Shown here piece after piece: positions 9,115 to 18,836 of a DNA stretch of 64,000 nucleotides; the first letter of the stretch is position 1, and every line of letters starts with the position of its first letter. The DNA comes from Candidatus Latescibacterota bacterium (GTDB taxonomy: Bacteria; Latescibacterota; UBA2968; UBA8231), in the NCBI GenBank assembly GCA_965197905.1, contig CBDAOB010000003.1, positions 448,001 to 512,000 of the forward strand, read 5' to 3'. A program made the translations under genes and the position numbers. The notes beneath the pieces are model-generated. The model was not told where the DNA came from. It did not search any database and saw only the letters and a list, made by a program, of their open reading frames with translations.

Positions 9115-11481
9115 ATGAGCGTACTCGGACAATCCGTCAAACGCGTAGAAGATCGGAAGTTCATCACGGGTAAGGGCCGCTACACAGACGACATCGTTCT
9201 GCCGCGGATGACCTTCGCCGCTATCGTGCGATCTCCCCACGCGCACGCTGAGATCAAGAGCATCGACGCGTCCGCCGCCGTCGCTGCCGACGGCGTCGTC
9301 GCTGTCTTCAATGGCGAGGAGATGGCCGCAGACGGCGTCGGCGGACTCCCGGTGGGCTGGCAGGTCGATTTCAAGAACGGCGACACCATGCAAGAGCCGC
9401 CGCATCCGCCGCTGGCAGTCGGCAAAGTCCGCCACGTTGGCGACGCAGTCGTTGTCGTCGTCGCCGAGACGCGGGAGCAGGCCAAAGATGCCGCGGAGCT
9501 CGTCAAGGTCGACTACAAACCTCTCGACGCGGTGGCCGACGTCGTCGCGGCGACCAAATCGGGGGCGCCTCAGGTCCACGACGGCGTCGCCAACAACATC
9601 CCCTTCGACTGGGAACTGGGCGACAAAGAAGCCGCCGACAAGGCCATCGAGGGAGCGGCTCACGTCACCTCACTGGAATACGCCAACCAGCGGCTGATTG
9701 CGAATGCCATCGAGCCGCGCTGCGCCATCGGCGACTACGACGACACTCGCGATCACTACACCCTGTACACCTCGTCCCAGAACCCGCACGTCATCCGCCT
9801 GTTGATGTCGGCTTTCGTGATGGGCCTTCCCGAGCACAAGGTACGCGTGGTCTCACCCGATGTCGGCGGCGGTTTCGGCAGCAAAATTTTTCATTACGCG
9901 GAGGAAGTCATCGCCATGTGGTCGTCCAAACGTATCTGTCGCCCGGTGAAGTGGACCGCCGAGCGCAGCGAGAGCTTCGTCACCGATGCCCATGGCCGCG
10001 ACCATTTCACCAAGGCCGAAATGGGCTTCGACAGCGACGGCAACGTCGTTGGCCTGCGCATCGACACGCATGCCAACATGGGGGCCTACTTATCGACCTT
10101 CGGCCCCTGTGTTCCGACCTATCTCTACGGCACCCTGATGCAGGGTCTCTACACGACGCCGGCCGTTCACGTCAACGTCACGGCCGCCTTTACCAACACC
10201 GTTCCGGTGGATGCCCTGCGTGGCGCCGGGCGCCCCGAAGCCACCTACTGTATCGAGCGCCTGATGGATCAGGCGGCGCACGAAATGGGCAAAGACCCGG
10301 CTGAGCTGCGCCGCCAGAACCTCATTCCGGCGTTTGACGGCGTCGAGCAACCCGGGTACGAGACCCAGGTGGCCCTGGTCTACGACAGCGGCAACTATGA
10401 AGCCGTGCTCGACAAGGCCCTCGAGAATTCCGATTACGCCGGTCTTCGCAAGGAGCAGACATCGGCACGTGCAGAAGGTCGCTTGATGGGTATTGGTTTG
10501 TCGACCTACATCGAGGCCTGCGGCATCGCGCCCTCCGCCGTCGTCGGCGCCCTGGGTGCCCGCGCCGGACTTTACGAGAGCGGCACCGTGCGGGTGCAGC
10601 CCACCGGCAAGGTGTCGGTCTTCACCGGCAGCCACTCCCAGGGGCAGGGTCACGACACCACCTTCTCGCAGCTAGTTTCCGACAGCCTAGGTATCCCGAT
10701 GGAAGACATAGAGATCATCCACGGCGACACCGACCAGGTGCCGTTCGGTATGGGCACCTACGGCTCGCGCTCGCTGGCTGTGGGCGGTATGGCGATCACC
10801 ACCAGTCTGGAGAAGGTTAAGGAGAAGGGCGCCAAGATCGCCGCCCACCTGCTCGAAGCGTCCGCAGACGACCTCGAGTACGCCGATGCAGCCTGGACGG
10901 TGAAGGGCACGAACAAGTCAGTCGGCTTCGGGGACGTCGCCCTGACGGCGTACGTGCCACACAACTATCCCGAGGGCCTCGAACCAGGTCTCGAGTTCAC
11001 CAGTTTCTACGATCCGGCGAACTTCACCTTTCCCTACGGCGCTCACATCGCAGTCGTTGAGATCTGTCCCGACACCGGAAAGGTGCAGCTGAAACGCTAT
11101 GTCGCCGTCGACGACGTGGGCAATGTGGTAAACCCGATGATTGTCGATGGACAGCTTCACGGCGGCATTACCCACGGTGTAGGTCAAGCCCTGCTCGAGG
11201 GCGCCCTCTACGACGACAGCGGTCAATTGACCAACGGCTCGTACATGGATTACGCCATGCCTCGCGCCGATGACGTGCCCCGATTTGAGACCGATCGCAC
11301 CGTCACTCCGTGCCCCCACAACACCCTCGGCGTCAAGGGTGTCGGAGAGGCCGGCACTATCGGTTCCACGGCGGCCGTCGTCAACGCCGTCGTCGATGCT
11401 CTTTGGCACCTAGGCGTCCGCGATATTCAGATGCCCTTGACGTCGCAGCGCGTGTGGCAGGCCATTCAGGCAGCGGTATAG
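9115..11481 (+). CDS. coxL: Molybdopterin-binding large subunit, form-II CoxL-like / xanthine dehydrogenase family
   Basis: KRVED, GGGFGSK, ALRGAGRPEA, QGQGH, GTYGSRS, GQLHGG and KGVGEAG motifs. No form-I AYxCSFR. Confidence 0.88.
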   Translation: MSVLGQSVKRVEDRKFITGKGRYTDDIVLPRMTFAAIVRSPHAHAEIKSIDASAAVAADGVVAVFNGEEMAADGVGGLPVGWQVDFKNGDTMQEPPHPPLAVGKVRHVGDAVVVVVAETREQAKDAAELVKVDYKPLDAVADVVAATKSGAPQVHDGVANNIPFDWELGDKEAADKAIEGAAHVTSLEYANQRLIANAIEPRCAIGDYDDTRDHYTLYTSSQNPHVIRLLMSAFVMGLPEHKVRVVSPDVGGGFGSKIFHYAEEVIAMWSSKRICRPVKWTAERSESFVTDAHGRDHFTKAEMGFDSDGNVVGLRIDTHANMGAYLSTFGPCVPTYLYGTLMQGLYTTPAVHVNVTAAFTNTVPVDALRGAGRPEATYCIERLMDQAAHEMGKDPAELRRQNLIPAFDGVEQPGYETQVALVYDSGNYEAVLDKALENSDYAGLRKEQTSARAEGRLMGIGLSTYIEACGIAPSAVVGALGARAGLYESGTVRVQPTGKVSVFTGSHSQGQGHDTTFSQLVSDSLGIPMEDIEIIHGDTDQVPFGMGTYGSRSLAVGGMAITTSLEKVKEKGAKIAAHLLEASADDLEYADAAWTVKGTNKSVGFGDVALTAYVPHNYPEGLEPGLEFTSFYDPANFTFPYGAHIAVVEICPDTGKVQLKRYVAVDDVGNVVNPMIVDGQLHGGITHGVGQALLEGALYDDSGQLTNGSYMDYAMPRADDVPRFETDRTVTPCPHNTLGVKGVGEAGTIGSTAAVVNAVVDALWHLGVRDIQMPLTSQRVWQAIQAAV

Positions 11482-11493
11482 GAGGATACACAG

Positions 11494-12354
11494 ATGATAC
11501 CTGAAGCATTTGAATACCATCGTCCGTCCACAGTCGACGAAGCGCTGTCTCTGCTCAGTGAGCACGGCGATGACGCCAAGCTGTTGGCCGGCGGCCACAG
11601 TCTACTGCCAGCAATGAAACTGCGTCTCTCGTCACCCGGCCACGTCATCGACATCGGCCGGATCCGCGAACTGCAGCAAATTTCGACTGATGGAGACGAC
11701 GTGGTCATCGGCAGCAGCGCCACCCATCACGACATTGAGTCTTCTGACGTTGTGCAGAGCAATGCCCCCGTTTTTGCCAAAGCGGCCGCGTCGATCGGCG
11801 ACGTGCAGGTCCGGAATATGGGCACTATAGGCGGCAGCCTCGCGCACGCCGATCCGGCGGCCGACTATCCGGCGGCAGTACTGGCGGCAGACGCCCGGAT
11901 TCGCGTCAAGGGTCCTGGTGGCGAGCGTACAATCGCGAGTTCCGACTTTTTCCTCGAGCTTTTCATGACCAGTTTAGCTCCCGATGAGATCGTCGTCGAT
12001 GTCCGCGTTCCGTCCCAAGGCTCGGGAACCGGCTCGGCATATGTGAAGTTTCCCCACCCCGCCTCGCGGTTTGCCGTGTGCGGGTGCGCCGCGTCTGTCA
12101 CCATGAGCGGGGGCAGCTGCAGCGATGTCCGGGTCGGCTTTACCGGCATCGCCAACGCTGCTTTCAGGGATGCAGGAGTAGAAGCCGCCATGAACGGTAG
12201 TCCCGGCGATGCCGCGGCGATCGAGGCGGCAGTAGCCAACGCCGCCGATGGCGCCGAGTTATTGAGTGATTCATTCGCCGGCGAGGACTATCGACGGCAC
12301 CTGGCCAAGGTATTTGCCAGGCATGCTCTGACTGCCGCGGTGGAAGCGGCGTAG
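11494..12354 (+). CDS. coxM: FAD-binding medium subunit (CoxM)
   Basis: AGGHSLLPAMKLR and VRNMGTIGGSLAHADPAAD motifs. Confidence 0.92.
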   Translation: MIPEAFEYHRPSTVDEALSLLSEHGDDAKLLAGGHSLLPAMKLRLSSPGHVIDIGRIRELQQISTDGDDVVIGSSATHHDIESSDVVQSNAPVFAKAAASIGDVQVRNMGTIGGSLAHADPAADYPAAVLAADARIRVKGPGGERTIASSDFFLELFMTSLAPDEIVVDVRVPSQGSGTGSAYVKFPHPASRFAVCGCAASVTMSGGSCSDVRVGFTGIANAAFRDAGVEAAMNGSPGDAAAIEAAVANAADGAELLSDSFAGEDYRRHLAKVFARHALTAAVEAA

Positions 12355-12434
12355 AGCATTCGCCAAACCGCGAACACACCGCAGCGGGCGCAGGCGATTT
12401 GCGGTACGACGTCCGCGACTTTGAGCATCAAACT

Positions 12435-13298
12435 ATGAGGTTAGGTATCGTCGGCATGCTGCCGGGCGACTTTCGGAGCTTTGTGCCGCAGCAGATGGAA
12501 GCGATCCGCGCACAGGGATTCACCGGCTTCGGCTTTCACCTCGCCGGCGACGACCTGTTCGACATAACCGACGATGATTGCGCCGGCTATCGCCGCTTCA
12601 TGGCCGGCGAGGACCTCGATCTTGCCCAGTTTGCCGTCACTTATGACGAGTGTCTCTTCGACACCGACCCGAGCCCGCGCCAGGCCGTATCGGCCAAGAT
12701 CGATCGCGGAACAGAGCTGGCGGCCCGACTGGAAGCGCAGGCCTTTCTGCTGCGGCCGGGCAGCGTCAATCCCGACGGTCCCTGGACACCCCACCGCGAC
12801 AACCACCTACCCGAGCAGGTCGACGGGCTGGTCGACACCCTGCGGCCGTTAGCGCGCAAAGCGGAAACAGAGGGTGTGATCCTGGCCATGGAAACCCACG
12901 CTATCTCCATTATGGATCCCCCGGAAAAGTGCCGGGACATCGTCGAGGCCGTCGGGTCGGATCACCTCCGGCTGATCATGGATGCGGTCAACCACTTCCA
13001 GTGCCTGCAGCAGGTCTACCACAGCAGCGATTGGGTCAACCACATCTTCGACGAGATGGGGCCTATCGCGCCGCTGGCCCATATCAAGGACTTAAAGGTC
13101 TCCAACGGCCTCGTTATGCATATCGATCAGGAAGTACCCGGCGACGGAGAGCTGGATCTCGCTCTGGTGCTCAAACGCTTCGAGGCGCTCCACCCCAACG
13201 GCTACGGGCTGATCGAACACCTCCGCGCCGATCAGATTCCAAGGGCTGCCGCCAATGTGCGGCGCATTGCAGCGGAAAATGGTGTAACTATCCACTAA
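12435..13298 (+). CDS. Sugar phosphate isomerase/epimerase (xylose-isomerase-like TIM barrel)
   Basis: Metal-ligand pattern METH, MDAVN, HIKD, PGDGELD and IEH. Confidence 0.75.
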   Translation: MRLGIVGMLPGDFRSFVPQQMEAIRAQGFTGFGFHLAGDDLFDITDDDCAGYRRFMAGEDLDLAQFAVTYDECLFDTDPSPRQAVSAKIDRGTELAARLEAQAFLLRPGSVNPDGPWTPHRDNHLPEQVDGLVDTLRPLARKAETEGVILAMETHAISIMDPPEKCRDIVEAVGSDHLRLIMDAVNHFQCLQQVYHSSDWVNHIFDEMGPIAPLAHIKDLKVSNGLVMHIDQEVPGDGELDLALVLKRFEALHPNGYGLIEHLRADQIPRAAANVRRIAAENGVTIH

Positions 13299-13321
13299 AG
13301 CCAGCGCCCGGGTTCCGAATG

Positions 13322-15177
13322 TCACGCGTCGAGAACATCGCGCACGGTGCGCGCCAGATTCGCAAACCTATAGGGCTTTCGCACAATTGCCTGAACGTCG
13401 ACCGTTCGTGATTCGTCGACAGAATATCCAGTGACAAGAACCACCCGTATCTCGGGATCGAGGCCACGGACGATCGGCAGAAACTCGTAGCCAGACATCT
13501 TTGGCATGGAAAGATCGAGTAGGATAAGCGCAATCTCATCGCGGCTTCGCCGGAACACTTCCAAGCCGTCGGTGCCATCCGATCCTTGGAGCACCTTGTA
13601 ACCATAGCTTGTCAACTGCGTAGCTACCGTACTCCGAATAGCGTCTTCGTCGTCGATAACCAATAGTGTTTCGGTGCCACCTGAAACGGCAGATTCGATT
13701 TCGTCATTCGGCACGGAGGCCTCTGCAAGACAGGCAGTCGGCAAGCAAACGGTAAAACGGGTTCCCTTTCCGAGATGACTCTCACATGTTATCCATCCTT
13801 CGTGCTGTTGTATTACCGCGTATGCGGTAGCCAGCCCCAGTCCCGTGCCTTTCCCCATTTCTTTGGTGGTAAAGAACGGCTCGAAGACGCGTTCCTGGAC
13901 CTCGGAGTTCATGCCTATCCCGTTGTCCGAAAATATCGCGCGAAGATACTCTCCGGGGCGCGCTTCGGGATGGGCCTTCACGGCCTCCTCGTGGGAAATT
14001 TCATCCACCGTTATTTCGACCCGGGGGTTGTCACTGTCTGTTTCTTCCAGTGCGTCACGCGCGTTCAGACAGAAGTTAAGGAAGGCTTGTTGCAGCTGAC
14101 TTTCATTTCCCTTGATGGCGAGCGGATGTTCGGGCGGGCTGAAGGCAATTTGATTCTTCGGTCAAACGTCTTTCGACATATGCGGACCGTATCGTCTAGC
14201 AACGTCTGCACATCGATCCGACTGTACTGGTCGGAGCTGGACCTTTGCCCAAATAACATGAGTTGCTCAACCACACCCGCTGCTCTTTCCGCGGCTGACA
14301 TCGCCTCGATCAGACCCGGTCGTTGGGACTCAGATGCATTTTGCAGTGCCAGCTCTATGTCGCCTATTACGATCATGAGCATATTGTTGAAATTATGGGC
14401 AACGCCAGAAGAGAGTTTCCCGATAGCCTCCATTTTTTGGGCCTGGCGTAAACTCTCTTCCAACTGTTGACGTTCGATGGACCGAGCTCGGAGTTGCGCG
14501 ATCATGGCGCTGAAGGCGTCTATAAGCTGGCCGACTTCATCAGTACCTGCCTTTTGAATTTCCTTTTCATAATCCTCCGCCCTTCCTATCTCGCCGATGG
14601 TTTCGACCAGGCGGGAAAGCGGGGTGGTAATGAGTCTGCTCAAGTAGATGGAGAGCAAGACTCCAGACACCAGTATCGCGAAGCTGACGACGAAGCCGGT
14701 TGCACGAATCGACTCAATGGCCCGATCCCTTTCGCGCAATGAGAATCCGACTATCAAATCACTCTCAATAGCCGATATCTGAAGCGGCGATCTCGCATGT
14801 AACCTTCCGACTTTCTCGACAGTATCTCCAGCGCTGAATAAATCGATTGACGGTAAATCTATATCCTGCGGATTGAAAGAGAACGTAGCTTTTCCGTCCT
14901 CTCCAAAGATGGCGATATATAGAATGCTTTCATCTTCCTTTGCTTGTTTGAAAAGCTCATCAATAAACGCGAAATCGCCCTCCTCAAGAGCTAGTGATAC
15001 TCCGGCGGCAAGCATTTGCGTAATACTTTCAGCCCTGTCCGTCATAGCCTGGGTAACCTGCTGCTTCTGTTTCCAGGGGAAATAGCCGAAATTGAGAAAA
15101 ACAGCCAGCAGGAGTACGAGCACGAAGACACTGAGTATCTTTGTGCGGATCGACAAATTTCTGAATAGTTGAATCAA
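13322..15177 (-). CDS. Membrane hybrid histidine kinase (TM-periplasmic-TM-HAMP-HisKA-HATPase-REC), frameshifted at about 14150
   Basis: QAQKMEAIGKLSSGVAHNFNN H-box in ORF 14065-15243. Adding one A at 14149-14151 restores IKIAFS...ESQLQQAFLNFCLNARDA and joins DNGIGM, FEPFFTTK, GTGLGL and the REC domain (IDDE, DLSMP, KP) of ORF 13322-14008. Confidence 0.8.
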
Positions 15178-15178
15178 A

Positions 15179-15685
15179 CTACTTGGCGGGGATTTCCCGC
15201 GATTGGAGAGGATATTTGCTGTCCGAGATCTCTTTGCCGTCAACCTTGATCACCTTGACGGAATCCAAGGAAGGATCGAAGTCAGATATATGGATGAACC
15301 CGATGGCAAAAGGGTTAGTGGCGATGTAATCTAGCATCTTTCTCTCAGAGTCCATACTCACAGGCAAATTCTGAAATTCTCCATTCAGTATCATGCTGAG
15401 CCACTTCATCCGAATTCTTATTGACGATATGCCCGCTACGGTCCGATAGAATTTCTCGGCAACCTCTTTTTTGCCCTTGTAGTCAATCAAATTGATGTGT
15501 CCACTCGTTCCACGCCCAGACACCCACGTTAACCTCTCGCCCAGGAAGATCCGTTTCAACTCAGCCATGCGAAGGGATTCTACCGGGTTCGTGCCGTTCA
15601 CGACTACTGCGATCTGAGCACGAGCGTCTGTGCTGAGCAGAAGGCAGGTCCCCCCGACAAGCAGCAAAGTTCTCGCTATGCTCAT
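15179..15685 (-). CDS. Small secreted protein resembling one lobe of a phosphate-binding (PstS-like) periplasmic binding protein
   Basis: Signal peptide, then IAVVVN..NPVESL...ELKRIFLG..LTW and YIA.NP.AIGFI...VKVIKVDG. Confidence 0.7.
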   Translation of the reverse strand: MSIARTLLLVGGTCLLLSTDARAQIAVVVNGTNPVESLRMAELKRIFLGERLTWVSGRGTSGHINLIDYKGKKEVAEKFYRTVAGISSIRIRMKWLSMILNGEFQNLPVSMDSERKMLDYIATNPFAIGFIHISDFDPSLDSVKVIKVDGKEISDSKYPLQSREIPAK

Positions 15686-15724
15686 GCGCGACCCCAACGG
15701 TGCCGAATCCGCATTCGGTCTCCT

Positions 15725-16750
15725 CTAAAAGCCGATGGCAAGCTGAGTAGAGAATCTATTCGAATTGTCGGCACCATCGACGGACTGATAGCGATATTGC
15801 GTCTTCACGACGGCGAGATGAGACAGACGGTAATTCAAGCCAAGTGATATCGCCCTGGTATCAAGCGGTTCAAAGAATGGATCATCCTCGATGTCTATGA
15901 AATCCAGCCTTGCAAAGGGTACGTACTGTCCCAGGGCATACGACCCCAACAGGTAACCTCCCTTACTCCAGTTGTTCCCGGAGCTTTTTCCATCGTTGTT
16001 GGCAAAGGCCAACTCCGCCAGCAACTCAGCGCCACGCTTTTCTATGACGCAGCTTGCAACCAGGACCGACATGTCTACATCCTCGGCGAGTGAATCGAAG
16101 TGTGCCAGGTGCGGTGTCCCGGACTCATCCATGCCCTCCTTCGATGCGCGATCGCGATAGTAGGAAAAACCGAAATCAAAACCATCAACCGCCTTGGAAT
16201 GGATATCGAAAATCACGGACTTGGTATCGTCATTGTCTTCCACGGGACTGGAGCCGATTCCATTGCCAATCATCAACCCGTAATAAAATCGGCCCGAGCC
16301 GATTTCCCTTCCCGTGACATAGACTCCGAGAGTATGAATGGGAATCATCTCCTGGAAGAAAGGTTTGTCGACCGAGGTGTAGAGGAGAACTCCGTGGTGA
16401 AAGGCGCGATTCCAGTATCCGAGGGGTGTATGAAATTTCCCCACGGAAACTCGCAGGTAGTCATTGAAGGTGTATCTAACCCACAGACGCCTTAAACTTA
16501 TGATCCATTCTTCTCTATATTCATAGGTTACCTCACTCAAAAATGAGGTCCCCGGTGCCAGAGTACCGGTTATATAGGTATCGTACTCGCCAATCCGGAA
16601 GCGGGAATTGCTCGAATCATCATCATCAATCTCGAAGTTCAGGTCAGCGAACCCTCGAATGGTCCTGCTACTGGTTTCTGAACCTTCGACAGATTCGATC
16701 GCCAAATGACAAAGTGAAACGAGGAGTACCGCGATAACACGTAACATCAT
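15725..16750 (-). CDS. Outer-membrane beta-barrel (porin-like) protein
   Basis: Signal peptide, amphipathic strands, SVGKFHTPLGYWN motif and C-terminal aromatic signature QLAIGF. Confidence 0.75.
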   Translation of the reverse strand: MMLRVIAVLLVSLCHLAIESVEGSETSSRTIRGFADLNFEIDDDDSSNSRFRIGEYDTYITGTLAPGTSFLSEVTYEYREEWIISLRRLWVRYTFNDYLRVSVGKFHTPLGYWNRAFHHGVLLYTSVDKPFFQEMIPIHTLGVYVTGREIGSGRFYYGLMIGNGIGSSPVEDNDDTKSVIFDIHSKAVDGFDFGFSYYRDRASKEGMDESGTPHLAHFDSLAEDVDMSVLVASCVIEKRGAELLAELAFANNDGKSSGNNWSKGGYLLGSYALGQYVPFARLDFIDIEDDPFFEPLDTRAISLGLNYRLSHLAVVKTQYRYQSVDGADNSNRFSTQLAIGF

Positions 16751-16990
16751 TCGATCCCCATCGTGACCAGATCCTGCTTGTTGCCTGTAAGAAACCCAAA
16801 GAATATCAAGATTTACATATTTCTATGGTGTTTGGCTTTTTTCAAACCTAGCAATATAGCACTCAGGCGTCACCAGATAAAACGTATACGGCTCGGCACA
16901 GGATGGCTTTTCTTCGGCCGTTAAACGACCCAAGGAAATTCTCGGGTCCTATTGTTTTTGTTGTGAGTTACTACCGAGCCGCAGAAGCCT

Positions 16991-18682
16991 TCAAACGTAT
17001 CGGCGGATCAGTCCCGCCATCCGATCGTTCCCCCGTTTTTCCACCCACGCAAGAGGCGTCGACCAGGCGGCGCCGGACCGTTCAGGATCGGCGCCGTTCT
17101 CCAGATACAGCTCGGCAAGCTCGTAGCGATCCCAGCGAACCGACCACCCAAGCGGAGTCGACTGCAGAAGATCGTCGAGCACGTTCAGGTCGGCACCATA
17201 CTCGATCAGGATCCGGCCAAAGGCGATTCGGTCACTCTCTAGCATGACCACGTGGCGGCCCCACACCTTTCCCTTCGCTGCGAGGTGATGGGCCAGCCGG
17301 TAACCGTATCTGCCCACCACGTTGGGACTAGCGCCGTGTTCGAGAATCATGCGAAATATCTCGGGATAGACTCTGCGGTCGATGTCCTTGAAATTGCGGT
17401 GCGGGTGCAGGCGCCATAACCGGAGCGGCTGCTCCAACACGTCCATCCAGCGGTTGTCCTCGCTCTCCCAATTCAGCTGGCGCAGACAAAGGCCGGCCAG
17501 ATTGATATCCCCTCCGCAGCCCGCGGCCCTGAGCAGTTTCTCAGCCAGGTCAGGGTCCCTGTGAAGGTACACCGCAGCAGCCGCGGTCTCACCCTCGACC
17601 CCTGCGGAGGTAGGTTCGAGGACGCCACCATACCGATAAAGCAGTCCTTTCATCCGATCATCGCGGTTGTTGTACGCGTAGCCGACAGGGTTGCCGCTGG
17701 CGTACGGTCCCTTGTTCGGGTCCGCGCCGGCTTCGAGGAGAATCTGAGCGATCTCGTATTGCCCTGAGCCCGCCGCCCTTGTCAATGGCTCCCCGCCGCT
17801 CTTGGGCCGATTCTCATACTCGGTAAGTTCGTGCTCGTCATCCGGGTGACAGCCCAGTTCCAACAGTAGCTTGATCATTTCAACGTTGTCGGCCTCGACC
17901 GCCCGTTGGAGCAGCCCGAGTCGTTTGACCCCGTCGTTGAGGAAACGCTCGGGACGGTCTGCCGCCGCCTGCCGGACGTGAGGCATGTCTCCGAGAGCTA
18001 CGGCGGTTTCGAGACTGACATCGCAACCGGCCTGGAGCAGGAGGCCCGTTGCGATCAGACAACCCTCGTTGAGCGGGAGAGCTCGCGGGTGGGCACTCTG
18101 GACCGCGCCGTCCAGGGGCGAAGCGCCCGCGGGCGTGAGATGGCGATAGTCCGCCCCGCGCTCGAGAAGCTGGTGCACCAGGTTGTACAGACCTGCACAA
18201 GCGGCGGCATACAGAACGCTACCACCGTTCCGATGACACGCGTTCAGCAGTTCCGGCTGCGCGTCGAGGAGTCGGAGCGCCTCGACCTCGTCCTTCTCCG
18301 TAACCGCCTCGAAGAGTGCATCGTTTGCGGGGCTGATCTCGATGTTCTCGCAGGCCGCCAACTTTAGTTTTTCGTCCTCGTCACGAATGATTTCGACGAT
18401 GCTGCCGAGCCCCCGTTCCTGCGCTATGGTCAGCGCGCCTGTCGCCTCCCGATGCGGGAAGATCCCTTCGTCGACCTTGGCACCACGCTGAACGAGCAGA
18501 CGAACCGCTTCGTCATGACCATTCATCACGGCGAAGTGAATCGCGCGGTGCACGTTTCTTTCGGCTACCATTACGTTGACCAGGTCGGGCTGCCGATCCA
18601 AAATCAGACCAATGCGCGAGACATCGCCATCGGCCGCCGCATCGCAGAGGTCTGCGATCTTTGTCGGGCCATTTAGTGTCAT
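16991..18682 (-). CDS. Ankyrin-repeat protein
   Basis: Repeats AIHFAVMNGHDEAVRLLVQRGAKVD, LYAAACAG...LLERGAD, PLTRAAGSGQYEIAQILLEAGADPN and TPLGWSVRW. Confidence 0.88.
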   Translation of the reverse strand: MTLNGPTKIADLCDAAADGDVSRIGLILDRQPDLVNVMVAERNVHRAIHFAVMNGHDEAVRLLVQRGAKVDEGIFPHREATGALTIAQERGLGSIVEIIRDEDEKLKLAACENIEISPANDALFEAVTEKDEVEALRLLDAQPELLNACHRNGGSVLYAAACAGLYNLVHQLLERGADYRHLTPAGASPLDGAVQSAHPRALPLNEGCLIATGLLLQAGCDVSLETAVALGDMPHVRQAAADRPERFLNDGVKRLGLLQRAVEADNVEMIKLLLELGCHPDDEHELTEYENRPKSGGEPLTRAAGSGQYEIAQILLEAGADPNKGPYASGNPVGYAYNNRDDRMKGLLYRYGGVLEPTSAGVEGETAAAAVYLHRDPDLAEKLLRAAGCGGDINLAGLCLRQLNWESEDNRWMDVLEQPLRLWRLHPHRNFKDIDRRVYPEIFRMILEHGASPNVVGRYGYRLAHHLAAKGKVWGRHVVMLESDRIAFGRILIEYGADLNVLDDLLQSTPLGWSVRWDRYELAELYLENGADPERSGAAWSTPLAWVEKRGNDRMAGLIRRYV

Positions 18683-18836
18683 TCAGAACCTCGGGAGTCA
18701 AGATCTGTTCGGGGTTGTGGCTATAGTACGAAGATATAAAGGAGGATCCAATACCTCGAGGTCCGTTAACACCGTAGCCGCCCATCTCCCGGCTAGATCC
18801 GATTCTGCAAGCTAAGGGATGAAAGCTGCCTGCCGA

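Noticed and set aside
9115..11481. Bona fide aerobic CO dehydrogenase (form I)
   Set aside because: Lacks AYxCSFR and its Cu-ligating Cys, and gene order is S-L-M.
14140..14160. Programmed ribosomal frameshifting at the split genes
   Set aside because: No canonical slippery heptamer or obvious stimulator here or at 33826, 24880 or 50130. Indel error or mutation is simpler.
15179..15685. Phosphate ABC transporter (pstS)
   Set aside because: About half the size of PstS, and no pstC, pstA, pstB or phoU nearby.
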